This document shows positions 36,615 to 47,427 of a DNA stretch of 64,000 nt, one piece after another. Source of the stretch: Candidatus Undivivens industriae (GTDB taxonomy: Bacteria; Omnitrophota; Gorgyraeia; Gygaellales; Profunditerraquicolaceae); the NCBI GenBank assembly GCA_012514745.1, contig JAAYZR010000006.1, positions 37,889-101,888 on the forward strand, written 5' to 3'. Position 1 is the stretch's first letter. Every line of letters begins with the position of its first letter. A program made the translations under genes and the position numbers. Below the pieces are notes generated by a model. That model searched no databases, had not been told where the DNA came from, and was given only the letters and a program-made list of their open reading frames with translations.

Positions 36615-37371
36615 ATCCCAATCCCTCTCTGCCGGTAAGGATCTCCGGGCCCTGGTCCGTTACCGCCACCGTATGCTCAAAATGGGCCGACGGCAACCTG
36701 TCCCCGGTTACGGCGGTCCAGCCGTTATCGAGGATTTCCGACCGCCATGTCCCCATATTCACCATCGGTTCAATGGCAAGGACCATTCCTTCTTTAAGCA
36801 ACGGCCCCCTGCCGGGCATGCCGTAATTCGGCACTTCCGGTTCCTCATGCAGCTGTCGTCCGATGCCGTGCCCCACGAATTCCCTCACCACAGAGAAGCC
36901 GTTTTTCTCCACGAACTTCTGTATGGCGTGCGAGACGTCTCCCAGGCGGCAGCCGACCATAGCCGCCTTTATCCCTTCGTAGAGGGCTTGTCTGGTTACG
37001 CCGACCAGTCTGGCCATATCCGGAAGCGGAGTGCCGGCGATCACGGTGACGGCGGCGTCCGAAAAGTAACCGCAGTAATTGACGCCCAGGTCTATGCTGA
37101 CGTTATCCCCGTCTTTTATCATCCTGCTGCCGGGGATCCCGTGCACTATCTCTTCATTTACCGATACGCAGGCGACCGCGGGGAAGCCGCGGTATCCTTT
37201 GAAGGCAGGCACTACCTTCCTGCGCGATATCAAATCCTCCGCCACCCTGTCTATCTCGGCGGTGGTAATCCCAGGCACTACCGACTTCTCCAGCTCAAAA
37301 ATAACCTCCGCGAGTATCCTTCCGGATTCCCGCAGCATTGCGAGGTCACTTCTTGACTTTAACGGGATCAT
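36607..37371 (-). CDS. map: Methionine aminopeptidase type I
   Basis: 254 aa, metal ligands D..D..H..E..E pattern. Confidence 0.9.
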   Translation of the reverse strand: MIPLKSRSDLAMLRESGRILAEVIFELEKSVVPGITTAEIDRVAEDLISRRKVVPAFKGYRGFPAVACVSVNEEIVHGIPGSRMIKDGDNVSIDLGVNYCGYFSDAAVTVIAGTPLPDMARLVGVTRQALYEGIKAAMVGCRLGDVSHAIQKFVEKNGFSVVREFVGHGIGRQLHEEPEVPNYGMPGRGPLLKEGMVLAIEPMVNMGTWRSEILDNGWTAVTGDRLPSAHFEHTVAVTDQGPEILTGREGLGYA

Positions 37372-38017
37372 CTTCTTTCCGCACCAGGTCTATGATTTTA
37401 TCAAGAACGGTCATCGCCTCGCCGTCGGCGGCCAGGCGTTTCAGTATGCCTTTGGCGGAGTAATAATCTATGACCGGAGCCGATTCACTGTTGTAAACCT
37501 CCAGCCTGCGCCTGATGGTCTCTTCCTTGTCGTCGGCCCGCTGGTAAAGAGCGGCGGAACAGGCGTCGCAGACCATTTCTTTTTTCGGCGGCATGTTCGT
37601 GGAGTGATAATTGGCCCCGCATTGGCTGCATACCAGCCTGCCGGAAAGCCTTTGCACGATCACCTCTTCGCTGGTGTCGAGGTAAACAGCCATATCTATA
37701 TCCAGTCCGGGAGCGGAAAGTATTCCGTCCAGCGTCTTGGCCTGAGCGGTGTTGCGGGGGTAGCCGTCAAGAATAAAACCGCTTCTAACGTCTTTCTGCT
37801 CGAAGCGCCCGGTGAGCATCCTGGTCACCAGTTCATCCGGAACCAACAGACCCTTGTCCATATAGGATTTCGCTTCGCGCCCGAGTCCCGTTCCCTCCGT
37901 TACGTTCTTGCGCAGCAGGTCCCCGGTGGAGATATGCGGCACGCCAAGACGTTCCGCGAGCCTTTTAGACTGTGTTCCTTTGCCCGCACCCGGAGGACCC
38001 AAGAGGACGATATTCAT
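37346..38017 (-). CDS. adk: Adenylate kinase (Zn-lid form)
   Basis: GPPGAGKGTQ P-loop. CSQCGANY...CDAC lid. Confidence 0.9.
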   Translation of the reverse strand: MNIVLLGPPGAGKGTQSKRLAERLGVPHISTGDLLRKNVTEGTGLGREAKSYMDKGLLVPDELVTRMLTGRFEQKDVRSGFILDGYPRNTAQAKTLDGILSAPGLDIDMAVYLDTSEEVIVQRLSGRLVCSQCGANYHSTNMPPKKEMVCDACSAALYQRADDKEETIRRRLEVYNSESAPVIDYYSAKGILKRLAADGEAMTVLDKIIDLVRKEDDPVKVKK

Positions 38018-39379
38018 TTATCTTCTTCCTTTTATGCGGCCGCCTTTGATGAAACCGTCGTAATGATGCATTATCAAATGCGACTCGATCTGTTTGACCG
38101 TATCCAGCATTACCCCCACGATAATCAGGATACCGGTGCCGCCGAAAAATGAGGCCACAAGATAAGGAACCTTTAACCAGGCCATTATCAAATCGGGGAA
38201 AATGGCTATTACGGCAATGAAGGTCGCCCCGGCGAAAGTGATGCGCAGCAGCACGTATTCGAGAAATTGCACCGTGGCCGTGCCCGGACGTATGCCGGGG
38301 ATGAACCCCCCGTATTTTTTCATGTTCTCCGCCAAATCTGCGGAATTGAAAACGATCGTATTGTAGAAAAAGCAGAAAAACATTATCAGTAGAGCATAGA
38401 TAACCGTGTAAAGGACCTGCCCCCTCATAAGGCCGTTGGCCATCCTCTGAAAAGCCGGGTTCTGGATGAACGACGCCAGAGTGGCCGGAAAAAGTATTAT
38501 TGATTGCGCGAAGATAATGGCGATGACGCCGGACATATCGACCTTCAACGGTATGTACGTGCTCTGCCCGCCGTATATCTTCCTGCCGACGACCCTTCTG
38601 GCGTATTGAACCGGTATGCGGCGCTGTCCCTGCGTGACGAGTATGACCGCGAATACTACGATGACCAGAAGCGCCGCCATAATCAGCAGCGTAAAAGGCT
38701 GTATCTGACGGCGCGACGGCGAAAAAGGCGACAGGAGAACGAAAAGCTGCTGCATCGCGGTAGGAATACGCGAGATTATGCCGGCGGTGATGACCAGGGA
38801 TATCCCGTTTCCTATGCCGCGCTCCTGTATCTGCTCCCCCAACCACATAATAAAGATGGTGCCGGTAGTGAGGGTGAGAATAGTCAATATCCTGAATCCC
38901 CAACCCGGATGCATCACGATCCTGGCGAGTTCCTGCGGGGCGTCGGCCGAACCGCCTATATTCTCCAGCCAAAGAGAGATGAAATAAGACTGTATAATCG
39001 CAAGCAGGACCGTGCCGTAGCGTGTCAGCTGGTTAATCTTTTCGTATCCCGCCTTGCCTTCCTTGGCGAGTTTTTCCAAAGCCGGGATTACCGCCGTCAA
39101 AAGCTGTAATATGATGGAAGAGGATATATAGGGCATGATCCCGAGCGCGAAGATGGTGAGTTTCTCCATAGCGCCGCCGGAAAACATATTTATTATGCCA
39201 AAGAGCGTCCCGCCCTGGGTCTTAGCCATCGAATTAAAGAAAGCGGAGAGCGCGGCGGCGTCTATCCCGGGCGTGGGGACGTAACATCCGATGCGGTAAA
39301 CGGCCAGCAACATACAAGTAACGATCAAACGTCTTTTAAGGTCGGGTATCTTGAACGCGTTGCCCAGCGCCTTAAACAT
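38018..39379 (-). CDS. secY: Preprotein translocase subunit SecY
   Basis: 453 aa, 10 TM segments. Confidence 0.95.
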   Translation of the reverse strand: MFKALGNAFKIPDLKRRLIVTCMLLAVYRIGCYVPTPGIDAAALSAFFNSMAKTQGGTLFGIINMFSGGAMEKLTIFALGIMPYISSSIILQLLTAVIPALEKLAKEGKAGYEKINQLTRYGTVLLAIIQSYFISLWLENIGGSADAPQELARIVMHPGWGFRILTILTLTTGTIFIMWLGEQIQERGIGNGISLVITAGIISRIPTAMQQLFVLLSPFSPSRRQIQPFTLLIMAALLVIVVFAVILVTQGQRRIPVQYARRVVGRKIYGGQSTYIPLKVDMSGVIAIIFAQSIILFPATLASFIQNPAFQRMANGLMRGQVLYTVIYALLIMFFCFFYNTIVFNSADLAENMKKYGGFIPGIRPGTATVQFLEYVLLRITFAGATFIAVIAIFPDLIMAWLKVPYLVASFFGGTGILIIVGVMLDTVKQIESHLIMHHYDGFIKGGRIKGRR

Positions 39380-39863
39380 CTTCGATGATCTCCGCTTTTG
39401 AACCGGCCTTCTCTATCTTTTCCACGGCCTGTTTTGAAAAAGCGTGCGCCCTGATGGTGACGGCCTTCTTCACGTCCCCCTCGGACAGGACCTTGACCGG
39501 GAACGCGACTTTCTTTATCAACCCCTTATCTGCCATTACCTCGGGAGTTATCGTTTTGTCGTCAAGCTTGAAAATCATTCCCAGGCTGACTATCTGCACT
39601 TTTGAAGGCCTGCGGCTGTTGAACCCGCGCTTGGGCATACGCCTGATCATCGGCGTCTGTCCGCCTTCGAAACCGGGATAGAAATCGCGCCCGGCCCGGG
39701 AGGTCTGCCCCTTGCTACCTCGGGTGGAAGTTTTTCCGTGCCCGGAACCCGACCCTCTGCCGAGCAGTTTCTTGGGTTTATGCGCGCCTTTCGGAACCGT
39801 CAGATTAGACAGTCCAAAGGCGGAACGCTTTTCCTGATTCGCCGCAATATTGGTAGTAGCCAT
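39372..39863 (-). CDS. rplO: 50S ribosomal protein L15
   Basis: 163 aa. Directly follows rpsE with no rpmD (L30) gene between them. Confidence 0.9.
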   Translation of the reverse strand: MATTNIAANQEKRSAFGLSNLTVPKGAHKPKKLLGRGSGSGHGKTSTRGSKGQTSRAGRDFYPGFEGGQTPMIRRMPKRGFNSRRPSKVQIVSLGMIFKLDDKTITPEVMADKGLIKKVAFPVKVLSEGDVKKAVTIRAHAFSKQAVEKIEKAGSKAEIIEDV

Positions 39864-39864
39864 C

Positions 39865-40317
39865 TTATGCCTTTAGTTGTTTTAGCCCCGAGACGGTGGC
39901 TTTTATAACATTGACCGGATTGTTGCTTTTCAGAGATTTAGTAAGGATATCCTTTATTCCGGCGGACTCGCAGACCGCTCTGACCGGACCGGACGCGATT
40001 ACGCCGGTTCCCTCGGAAGCCGGTTTCATGAGAACCTTTGCCGCCCCGAACTCCCCGGTAACTTCATGCGTGATTGTACTGCCCGCCATGGGAACGCTCA
40101 CCAGCGACTTCTTGGCCTTGGCGAGGGCTTTGCGTATACTGTCTGCCACCTCATTAGCCTTGCCCATCGCAAAACCGACCTTGCCTTTGGTATCGCCTAC
40201 CACGACCAGGGCGCTGAAGGCCATCTTCTTGCCGCCTTTGGTGACCTTGGTTACCCGGTTTATGGTAATTACTTTTTCTACGAGTTCCGGCTGATTTTCA
40301 ATATTGAGTTCACGCAT
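39865..40317 (-). CDS. rpsE: 30S ribosomal protein S5
   Basis: 150 aa. Confidence 0.95.
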   Translation of the reverse strand: MRELNIENQPELVEKVITINRVTKVTKGGKKMAFSALVVVGDTKGKVGFAMGKANEVADSIRKALAKAKKSLVSVPMAGSTITHEVTGEFGAAKVLMKPASEGTGVIASGPVRAVCESAGIKDILTKSLKSNNPVNVIKATVSGLKQLKA

Positions 40318-40680
40318 TTAGAATTCCAATCCCCCTTTTCTCAGGCTCTCTGCGAAAGCCTTGACGCGGCCGTGATAAAGATAACCGGCGCGGTCGAACA
40401 CTATGCTGGAAATACCCTTACTTTTCGCGCGCGCGGCGAACGCCTCGCCGAGCTGCGCCGCGGCCTTGATATTTCCGGCCTGGGACAGCTGGGCCTTAAG
40501 CTGTTTGTCGAGCGTCGAAAGCGAGAAGACTGTCCGTTTGGCGGTGTCGTCGACGGCCTGGGCCGAAAAATTATTCAAACTGCGGTGCACGACGACACGC
40601 GGTTTATCGGCGGTACCGGTTATTTTGACTGTGATAGACTTGTGCCTCTTTATCCTGCGCAGTTCGTTCTTGTTTTTCAT
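40318..40680 (-). CDS. rplR: 50S ribosomal protein L18
   Basis: 120 aa. Confidence 0.95.
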   Translation of the reverse strand: MKNKNELRRIKRHKSITVKITGTADKPRVVVHRSLNNFSAQAVDDTAKRTVFSLSTLDKQLKAQLSQAGNIKAAAQLGEAFAARAKSKGISSIVFDRAGYLYHGRVKAFAESLRKGGLEF

Positions 40681-40698
40681 TTTACAGAAAGACTCCCG

Positions 40699-41244
40699 TT
40701 ATTTACTGCCCGCCTGGGCTTTTCCCATCTTCTTTTTCACGTGTTCGCCGACGTAACGGATGCCTTTGCCTTTATACGGCTCCGGCGGGTATATCGCCCT
40801 GATCTCCGAAGAAATCTTTCCGACCTTCTCTTTGTCTATCCCCTTCACCACCAGGATGGTGGGCTTCGGAGTTTCAATCTTTATGCCTTCCGGAATGGCG
40901 ACGCTGACCGGATGAGAGAAGCCCAGATTCATATTCAGCGTGCTTCCCTGCACCTGCGCCTTGAACCCCACGCCGATGATCTCCATTTCCTTGGAATAAC
41001 CTTCCGTCACGCCTTTTATGTTGTTGACCAGCAAAGCCCGGTAAAGGCCGTGCAAAGACCTTTCCGGTTTGGTATCATTCTGCCTCTTGACGAGCAGTTG
41101 TTCCTCCTTCTGCTCGACCGTTATGGTCCCGCACAGCTTCAACTCCAGGCTGCCTTTGGGCCCGGTGACCTTGACGGAACGGTCCTTGATCTCGACCTTC
41201 ACATCCTTGGGTACGGCTATCGCTTTTCTTCCTATTCTCGACAT
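40699..41244 (-). CDS. rplF: 50S ribosomal protein L6
   Basis: 181 aa. Confidence 0.95.
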   Translation of the reverse strand: MSRIGRKAIAVPKDVKVEIKDRSVKVTGPKGSLELKLCGTITVEQKEEQLLVKRQNDTKPERSLHGLYRALLVNNIKGVTEGYSKEMEIIGVGFKAQVQGSTLNMNLGFSHPVSVAIPEGIKIETPKPTILVVKGIDKEKVGKISSEIRAIYPPEPYKGKGIRYVGEHVKKKMGKAQAGSK

Positions 41245-41286
41245 GTTATATTCCGTGGTTTTCCGGTTATGCTGCGGTTGACTGAA

Positions 41287-41682
41287 TTACCAAATATATC
41301 CTACTACTTCTCCGCCTATCCCCTTCTCCCGGGCCTGGTTGTTCGTCATCAACCCCTTGGAAGTGGAAATGATTGCTATGCCCTTGCCCCTCAAAACCTG
41401 GGGAATGTCCTTCGTCCCGACGTAAGTTTTCTTGCCGGGAGTGGAAATGCGGGAAATGTTCTTTATCGCCGGTAGGCCGTGCTCGTATTTCAGATAAACG
41501 CGCAGGACTCCCTGCTTGTTGTCCTCGATCACCTTGAACTCTTCAATATACTGTTCCGCCTTGAGTATCTCAAATATACTTTTCAGCATATTGGAAGCGG
41601 GGACATCCACCTTATCCTTACCTGTCATTAACGCGTTACGCACTATCGTAAACGCATCGGCTATCAAATCGGTTCTCGACAT
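41287..41682 (-). CDS. rpsH: 30S ribosomal protein S8
   Basis: 131 aa. Confidence 0.95.
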   Translation of the reverse strand: MSRTDLIADAFTIVRNALMTGKDKVDVPASNMLKSIFEILKAEQYIEEFKVIEDNKQGVLRVYLKYEHGLPAIKNISRISTPGKKTYVGTKDIPQVLRGKGIAIISTSKGLMTNNQAREKGIGGEVVGYIW

Positions 41683-41711
41683 TTTCTCTCCTTAAATTGC
41701 CAAACCAAGCC

Positions 41712-41897
41712 TCACCAGCTGGCTTTTTTTACTCCGGGAATCAATCCGCGCCAGGCAAGCTCCCTGAAACAGATGCGGCAGAGCTCGAACCGCTTAAGGA
41801 ACCCTCCGGACCTGCCGCAAATATTGCAGCGGTTATATTTTCTCGAGGAAAACTTCGGGGTGCGTTTCCATCTGGCTATCTGTGAATTTTTCGCCAT
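41712..41897 (-). CDS. rpsN: 30S ribosomal protein S14 type Z (zinc-binding)
   Basis: 61 aa with [23 protein letters not shown]. Confidence 0.9.
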   Translation of the reverse strand: MAKNSQIARWKRTPKFSSRKYNRCNICGRSGGFLKRFELCRICFRELAWRGLIPGVKKASW

Positions 41898-41903
41898 TTG
41901 CTC

Positions 41904-42467
41904 CTATGCTCCTTCTTTGGTCGACGTCTTGAACGGCATCCCGAAGAATTTAAGCAGCGCTTTCGACTGCTCGCGGGAAGCCGAACCTTTTATCACGAAA
42001 GTTATGTCCATCCCCTGGGCCCTGGTGATCCTGTCCGCATCAATCTCGGGGAAAATGTTCTGCTCGGTGAGCCCGAGGGTATAATTACCCGCCGTGTCGA
42101 AAGAAGTATCCCGGACACCGCGGAAATCCCGGATACGCGGCATGGCTATGTTTATCAGCCTGTCCAGGAACTCGTACATTTTATGCTTGCGCAAAGTCAC
42201 CACGCAGCCGACCGGCTGTTTCTGCCTGACCTTAAAATTGGAAATGGCCTTTTTGGCCCTGCGCATGACCGGTCTCTGGCCGGTTATGACCGCCATTTCA
42301 TCCATAGCCTTCTCCAGTATTTTCACATCCTGCGTCGCCTCCCCCACTCCCATATTCACCACGATCTTTTCCAGACGCGGCACGGCGTTCGGGTTTTTAA
42401 GCGAAAACTGCTTCATCATTTCCGGGACGATAGACTTCCTGTATTCCTCAAGCATGCGTGGTATCAT
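41904..42467 (-). CDS. rplE: 50S ribosomal protein L5
   Basis: 187 aa. Confidence 0.95.
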   Translation of the reverse strand: MIPRMLEEYRKSIVPEMMKQFSLKNPNAVPRLEKIVVNMGVGEATQDVKILEKAMDEMAVITGQRPVMRRAKKAISNFKVRQKQPVGCVVTLRKHKMYEFLDRLINIAMPRIRDFRGVRDTSFDTAGNYTLGLTEQNIFPEIDADRITRAQGMDITFVIKGSASREQSKALLKFFGMPFKTSTKEGA

Positions 42468-42468
42468 A

Positions 42469-42780
42469 TTATATGGCCTCTTTACAGCGTTTACAGATCC
42501 TTGTTTTGCTGCCGTCCTTCAAGACGCTGAATCCCACCTTAACCGGGCGGTTGCAGTTTTTGCAGACTACGAGCACGTTGGCGCAGGACATGGGTTTCTC
42601 GACCTCGATTATTCCGCCCTTCTGGTCCTGTTTAGTCTGGCGCATATGTTTCTTTTTTTTGTTGACCCCCTCCACGACGACCTGCGCGCTCTCGGCAAGG
42701 TATTCGAGAACCTTCCCCCTCTTTCCCCTGTCTTTGCCCTTCATAACTGCCACATCATCGTTTTTCTTTATTTTATACAT
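42469..42780 (-). CDS. rplX: 50S ribosomal protein L24 (with C-terminal C4 zinc-ribbon CKNC...CKRC)
   Basis: 103 aa, KOW motif plus Cys4. Confidence 0.9.
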   Translation of the reverse strand: MYKIKKNDDVAVMKGKDRGKRGKVLEYLAESAQVVVEGVNKKKKHMRQTKQDQKGGIIEVEKPMSCANVLVVCKNCNRPVKVGFSVLKDGSKTRICKRCKEAI

Positions 42781-42782
42781 GG

Positions 42783-43151
42783 TCAGATTACCTCTGGCGC
42801 GAGCGAGATTATTTTTGTGAAATTCCTGTCCCTGAGCTCCCTGGCCACCGGTCCGAAAACGCGCGTGCCGCGGGGATTAGACGCCGCGTCTATAAAAACT
42901 ATGGCGTTGCGGTCGAAACGCAGGATGGAGCCGTTCTCGCGCCTGATCGCTTTCTTCGTCCTCACCACTACCGCTTTCGCCACTTCGCCTTTTTTGATGA
43001 CCGCGTTAGGCGCAGATTCCTTGACGTTGACGTTTATGGTGTCTCCCACCTCGGCGGACGGCTTACCCTTGCGTCCGAGAACGCCGATCATAGAAGCCTT
43101 CTTGGCGCCGGTATTGTCGGCTACGTCAAGAATCGATCTTATCTGTATCAT
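42783..43151 (-). CDS. rplN: 50S ribosomal protein L14
   Basis: 122 aa. Confidence 0.95.
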   Translation of the reverse strand: MIQIRSILDVADNTGAKKASMIGVLGRKGKPSAEVGDTINVNVKESAPNAVIKKGEVAKAVVVRTKKAIRRENGSILRFDRNAIVFIDAASNPRGTRVFGPVARELRDRNFTKIISLAPEVI

Positions 43152-43431
43152 TTCTCTTTTCCTTTTTTACGGTTTCGCCATGAAACCGGCACTTCTGAAG
43201 CACGGCCACGACTCTGAAATGCTTGTCCTTTGATAAAGGCCTGGTCTCCGCGATGCTTACGGTATCTCCCGTCTTCGCGGAATTGTTATCGTCGTGAGCC
43301 TTGTATTTCTTGTAAGTCTTGATTATGCGGTTGTATTTCTTGTGCTTGTATGTCCTCAGCACCTTAACGACAACCGTCTTCTGCATCTTGTCGCTTACGA
43401 TTACACCGGTCAGTTCTTTTCCTTTACCCAT
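43126..43431 (-). CDS. rpsQ: 30S ribosomal protein S17
   Basis: Start taken at [16 protein letters not shown]. Overlaps rplN by 26 nt and rpmC by 8 nt. Confidence 0.85.
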   Translation of the reverse strand: MGKGKELTGVIVSDKMQKTVVVKVLRTYKHKKYNRIIKTYKKYKAHDDNNSAKTGDTVSIAETRPLSKDKHFRVVAVLQKCRFHGETVKKEKRNDTDKIDS

Positions 43432-43624
43432 TTTTTTTCTCTTCCTTCTCCCGGCAGACAGTCCGGATAAGAGCCAACTCATACCTTATGGCGGAGAACA
43501 TATGGGGTTTCTCCACCCTGCCTCCGTAACGCTGCTGGTTCAGCTTGAAAAGCTCTTCCTTAAGGGTTTTCTCCCTCTGTGACAGGTCCTGCGACGTTAA
43601 ATTACGAAGCTCTTTTATCTTCAT
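43424..43624 (-). CDS. rpmC: 50S ribosomal protein L29
   Basis: 66 aa. Confidence 0.9.
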   Translation of the reverse strand: MKIKELRNLTSQDLSQREKTLKEELFKLNQQRYGGRVEKPHMFSAIRYELALIRTVCREKEEKKNG

Positions 43625-43730
43625 GACCGCGCTTTCTTCTAATGAAGCTCCCCGGGCCGATACTTTGGTAAGCCTGTCGGACCGTTCAGGACAGGCTCCC
43701 GTGTTCCTTTATCGGACAGCCCCGTATTGA

Positions 43731-44144
43731 TTAGTGCGTCCTGGTGACGAATTTTGTCTTTACGGGCAGCTTGTAGGCCGCCAGGCGGAAACACTGCCGT
43801 GCGTACTCTTCGGGAACACCGCCGAGCTCAAAGAGGATCTTTCCCCTCTTAACCAGGCACATCCAATGGTCGATATCGCCCTTGCCTTTTCCCATGCGGA
43901 TCTCGGCCGGTTTCTTGGTGACGGACTGGTCGGTAAAAACCCTAATCCACAATTTGCCGCCTTTATTCAATTTACGCGCCAGCAGGACTCGCACGGATTC
44001 TATCTGCGTGTTCTTTACCGTGCCGTTATCAAGACTCTTCAAGCCGTATTCTCCGAAAGCAAGGCTTGAGCCCCGGACGGCAATACCTCTGCGGTTACCG
44101 CACTGCAAATTCCGATATTTGACCCTCTTTGGCATCATTACCAT
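43731..44144 (-). CDS. rplP: 50S ribosomal protein L16
   Basis: 137 aa. Confidence 0.95.
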   Translation of the reverse strand: MVMMPKRVKYRNLQCGNRRGIAVRGSSLAFGEYGLKSLDNGTVKNTQIESVRVLLARKLNKGGKLWIRVFTDQSVTKKPAEIRMGKGKGDIDHWMCLVKRGKILFELGGVPEEYARQCFRLAAYKLPVKTKFVTRTH

Positions 44145-44165
44145 GTCTATATACCCCTGACGGCC

Positions 44166-44921
44166 TTAAGCCTGCTGCTGTTGCGCATCGGCCCTGGGCG
44201 CCGCTTGCTGATGCGGTGCTGACGGCGCGCTTTTCTGTTCGTTTTCTTTGTCCTTGGAAGAATGCGTGCCGCGTTTAGGCAGCAGCGTAGATATATCCAG
44301 TATCTCTCCCTTATATATCCAAACCTTCACTCCTATCAGCCCGTAAGTGGTCAACGCCTCGGCAAAACCGTAATCTATGTCCGCCCGCATGGTCTGCAGC
44401 GGGATCTTGCCCTGTTTATAGCTTTCGGTCCTGGCGATCTCCGCCCCGTTAAGGCGGCCGGAACAAATAACCCTGATACCCTTGGCCCCCGCGGACATGG
44501 AGTTCTCTATCGATCTCTTGACCGCCCTGCGAAAGGCTATTCGTTTCTCCAGCTGCTGGGCGATGTTTTGCGCGACAAGCTGGGAGTCTAAAGCGGGATT
44601 CTGCACTTCCTCTATATCTATGGATATCTCCTTCTTCAGGATCCCGTTTACGTCCTGGCGCAGTTTCTCTATGTCGGCCCCGTGTCTGCCGATAATGATG
44701 CCCGGCCTGGCGGAATAAATGCGGATCTTGGTCTTTTCGGTAAGCCTCTCTATGATCACCCGCGATATGGCGGCGTGCTTGAATTTCTCCAGTATGTACT
44801 TGCGCACCCGGAAATCGTCGGCGATAAAACGCGCGTAATCTCTAGGTTTAGCGAACCATCTGCTCTGCCATGTCTTTATGTAACCGATTCGTAAAAGTGT
44901 CGGATGAACCTTCTGTCCCAT
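44166..44921 (-). CDS. rpsC: 30S ribosomal protein S3 (with ~35-aa Gln/Ala-rich C-terminal tail)
   Basis: 251 aa, KH plus S3-C domains. Confidence 0.95.
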   Translation of the reverse strand: MGQKVHPTLLRIGYIKTWQSRWFAKPRDYARFIADDFRVRKYILEKFKHAAISRVIIERLTEKTKIRIYSARPGIIIGRHGADIEKLRQDVNGILKKEISIDIEEVQNPALDSQLVAQNIAQQLEKRIAFRRAVKRSIENSMSAGAKGIRVICSGRLNGAEIARTESYKQGKIPLQTMRADIDYGFAEALTTYGLIGVKVWIYKGEILDISTLLPKRGTHSSKDKENEQKSAPSAPHQQAAPRADAQQQQA

Positions 44922-44925
44922 AAAA

Positions 44926-45264
44926 TTATTCTCCCGGTTTCAAATCAAGCTCTATGCGTATGTGCGAAGTCCTCTTAAGGATGGGTTCGGCCCTTCCGAA
45001 CGCCGCCGCCTTGAACCTCTTCCACATCGGCCCGCAGTTACACTCGGCGCCGGAGACGTACAGTTGGGAAGCGTTGAACCCCTTAATCTTGGCATTGGCT
45101 ACCGCAGACCTGAGTATTTTTATAAGATATTCGTTGGCTCTTTTGTTCACCGTCAAAAGAATGCTCTCCGCCTCAAATACGCTCCTGAACTTGATCAGCG
45201 CCAGCGTCTGCCTCACTTTGCGCGGGGTGAGCCTTAAGTATCTTCCTTCTGCCTTCGCTATCAT
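44926..45264 (-). CDS. rplV: 50S ribosomal protein L22
   Basis: 112 aa. Confidence 0.95.
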   Translation of the reverse strand: MIAKAEGRYLRLTPRKVRQTLALIKFRSVFEAESILLTVNKRANEYLIKILRSAVANAKIKGFNASQLYVSGAECNCGPMWKRFKAAAFGRAEPILKRTSHIRIELDLKPGE

Positions 45265-45321
45265 CTTTATTCTGTCCTTCCTGATGCCTCTATCTATAAA
45301 TACGGAACTGCTGCTGCGGCC

Positions 45322-45609
45322 TTAGGTCTTTTCCACCGCTTTTTTGGCCTTTACGCCGCCGTGCTTCTTGAAGGTCCGGCTCGGCGCGAACTCGCCCATT
45401 TTATGCCCGACCATATTCTCGGTGACGAACACCGGAATGTGCCTGTGCCCGTCGTAAACGGCGAACGTGAAGCCGACGAATTCCGGCAAAACCGTGGATT
45501 TGCGGGACCAGGTCTTGATAGCCTGCCTCTGTCCGGCGCGCCTGGCTCTGTCGACTTTTTTGACCAGACTTTCCTCTACATACGGACCCTTCTTAAGCGA
45601 ACGCGGCAT
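45322..45609 (-). CDS. rpsS: 30S ribosomal protein S19
   Basis: 95 aa. Confidence 0.95.
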   Translation of the reverse strand: MPRSLKKGPYVEESLVKKVDRARRAGQRQAIKTWSRKSTVLPEFVGFTFAVYDGHRHIPVFVTENMVGHKMGEFAPSRTFKKHGGVKAKKAVEKT

Positions 45610-45611
45610 TT

Positions 45612-46445
45612 TTATTTCCTTCTCTTAACGATGAATTTATTGGAATATCTTCCCGGTTTTCTGGTTTTGTACCCCTTGGTCGGTTTTCCCCAGGGAGTCA
45701 CCGGATGAGGATTTCCCTGTCCGGATTTTCCTTCGCCGCCGCCGTGCGGATGGTCGTGCGGATTCATCACCACGCCCCTGACCGTGGGCTTTACGCCCAT
45801 CCATCTCGTGCGGCCGGCCTTGCCGATAACTACGGTATCATGCTCCACGTTGCTCAACTGACCGACGGAGGCGCGGCATTCCATGCTGAACATGCGGATC
45901 TCGCCGGACGGCATCTTGATCAGGACCGAATCGCCTTCTTTGGCGGTTATCTGCGCGCAGGTCCCGGCGCTGCGGACGATTTGCCCGCCTTTGCCCCTGC
46001 TCAATTCTATATTGTGGATCATGGTCCCCGAAGGTATATCCTTGAGGCGCAGGCAATTCCCCGGTTTGGCCTCGGCCGCCGTTTCCCCTGCCGATATCAC
46101 GGTATCGCCCTTCTGCAATCCCAGGGGAGCGAGGATATAGCGCTTACTCTTGTCGGGATACTCGACCAGCGCAAGCCTGGCGGTGCGGTTGGGATCATAC
46201 TCTATTCCCAGCACTGTGGCCGGGACGTCAAGGATGTCCCTTTTGAAATCCACCTGACGGTACATCCTTTTATGCCCGCCGCCCACATGCCTGACCGTCA
46301 CCCTGCCGGAGTTGTTGCGGCCGCCGCTTTTTTTCAAGGGGAATAAAAGAGACCTCTGCGGACCTTCCCGGGATATATCGCTGAAATCGTGCCCGGTCAT
46401 CCATCTGCGCGAAGGTGTCGTCGGTTTATATATTTTAGTGCCCAT
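45612..46445 (-). CDS. rplB: 50S ribosomal protein L2
   Basis: 277 aa. Confidence 0.95.
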   Translation of the reverse strand: MGTKIYKPTTPSRRWMTGHDFSDISREGPQRSLLFPLKKSGGRNNSGRVTVRHVGGGHKRMYRQVDFKRDILDVPATVLGIEYDPNRTARLALVEYPDKSKRYILAPLGLQKGDTVISAGETAAEAKPGNCLRLKDIPSGTMIHNIELSRGKGGQIVRSAGTCAQITAKEGDSVLIKMPSGEIRMFSMECRASVGQLSNVEHDTVVIGKAGRTRWMGVKPTVRGVVMNPHDHPHGGGEGKSGQGNPHPVTPWGKPTKGYKTRKPGRYSNKFIVKRRK

Positions 46446-46477
46446 TCATCTTCCTCGTATTATGATTCTCTGCCGTA

Positions 46478-46753
46478 TCAAACAGCTTCCAGTTTCTGTC
46501 CCTGTTTTAAAGTGACTACCGCTTTCTTGGTGTCGGAAGTCCGGCCTTCCTGGCGCCGCACCCTTTTGATCTTTCCCTTGTAAACGAAAGTGTTGACGCC
46601 GGCGACCTTGACTTTATAGATCTCCTCCACCGCCCGCTTGACCTGAAGTTTATTGGCGTTTATATCCACCAATAACAAATATTTATTCTGCGGCCCCAAA
46701 CGCGTTGACTTCTCTGTGCCGAGTATGGATTTTACGACTTGATGTGAGATCAT
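46478..46753 (-). CDS. rplW: 50S ribosomal protein L23
   Basis: 91 aa. Confidence 0.9.
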   Translation of the reverse strand: MISHQVVKSILGTEKSTRLGPQNKYLLLVDINANKLQVKRAVEEIYKVKVAGVNTFVYKGKIKRVRRQEGRTSDTKKAVVTLKQGQKLEAV

Positions 46754-47397
46754 TTGTTGAACCTCTCAAGCAATAAGGTTAAAGCTACTCTGGTGCAGAC
46801 TATCGTCTTGTGCGACAAAAGCTCGTAAGCATTGGTGTCGCCGGCCCTGGAGACCCGCAGGCCCGCTATGTTGCCCGCGGCCCTGGCCATGTTGCCGTCC
46901 ACTTTATCCACCAGAAGAAGGCATCGGTTATCCGGGGTTTTCCGGGACTGTTTCATCCCGAGCGCGGAAAGGATGGAAACCACCTCTCTGGTCTTGCCGG
47001 CCGGGGCCTTTATATCATCAAGCACTTTCACGGCGTTCTCCGAGACTTTGACGGAAAAAGCCTCTTTCAAGGCGCCGCGCTTGATCTTTGCAGGCAGAGA
47101 ATACGAAAAATCCCTGGGATGCGGACCGAAAACCACGCCGCCGTGGTACCATAAAGGATTACGGCTGGAACCGACCCTGGCGCGCCCGGTGCCTTTCTGT
47201 TTCCACGGTTTGCGTCCGCCGCCGGAAACCTCGCCGCGGGTCTTCGTGGAAGCTAGCCCCTTGCGCTGCCCTGCGCGCAGGTTGACGATGGCTTGATAAA
47301 TCAAAGAAGTATTTATTTTATCACTGATTACCTCTTTGTCAAGCTTTATGCTGTCTACTTCTTTGCCTTTTGCGTCTAAAACCGGTAATGTTATCAT
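46750..47397 (-). CDS. rplD: 50S ribosomal protein L4
   Basis: 215 aa. Confidence 0.95.
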   Translation of the reverse strand: MITLPVLDAKGKEVDSIKLDKEVISDKINTSLIYQAIVNLRAGQRKGLASTKTRGEVSGGGRKPWKQKGTGRARVGSSRNPLWYHGGVVFGPHPRDFSYSLPAKIKRGALKEAFSVKVSENAVKVLDDIKAPAGKTREVVSILSALGMKQSRKTPDNRCLLLVDKVDGNMARAAGNIAGLRVSRAGDTNAYELLSHKTIVCTRVALTLLLERFNK

Positions 47398-47427
47398 TTT
47401 CTCGACGGAATAATGCTTCTTGTTGTT

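Noticed and set aside
42469-42780. L24 with Cys4 zinc ribbon as a novel feature
   Set aside because: Zn-ribbon-containing L24 is already known (e.g. Thermus/Deinococcus-type). Kept only as a taxonomic marker.
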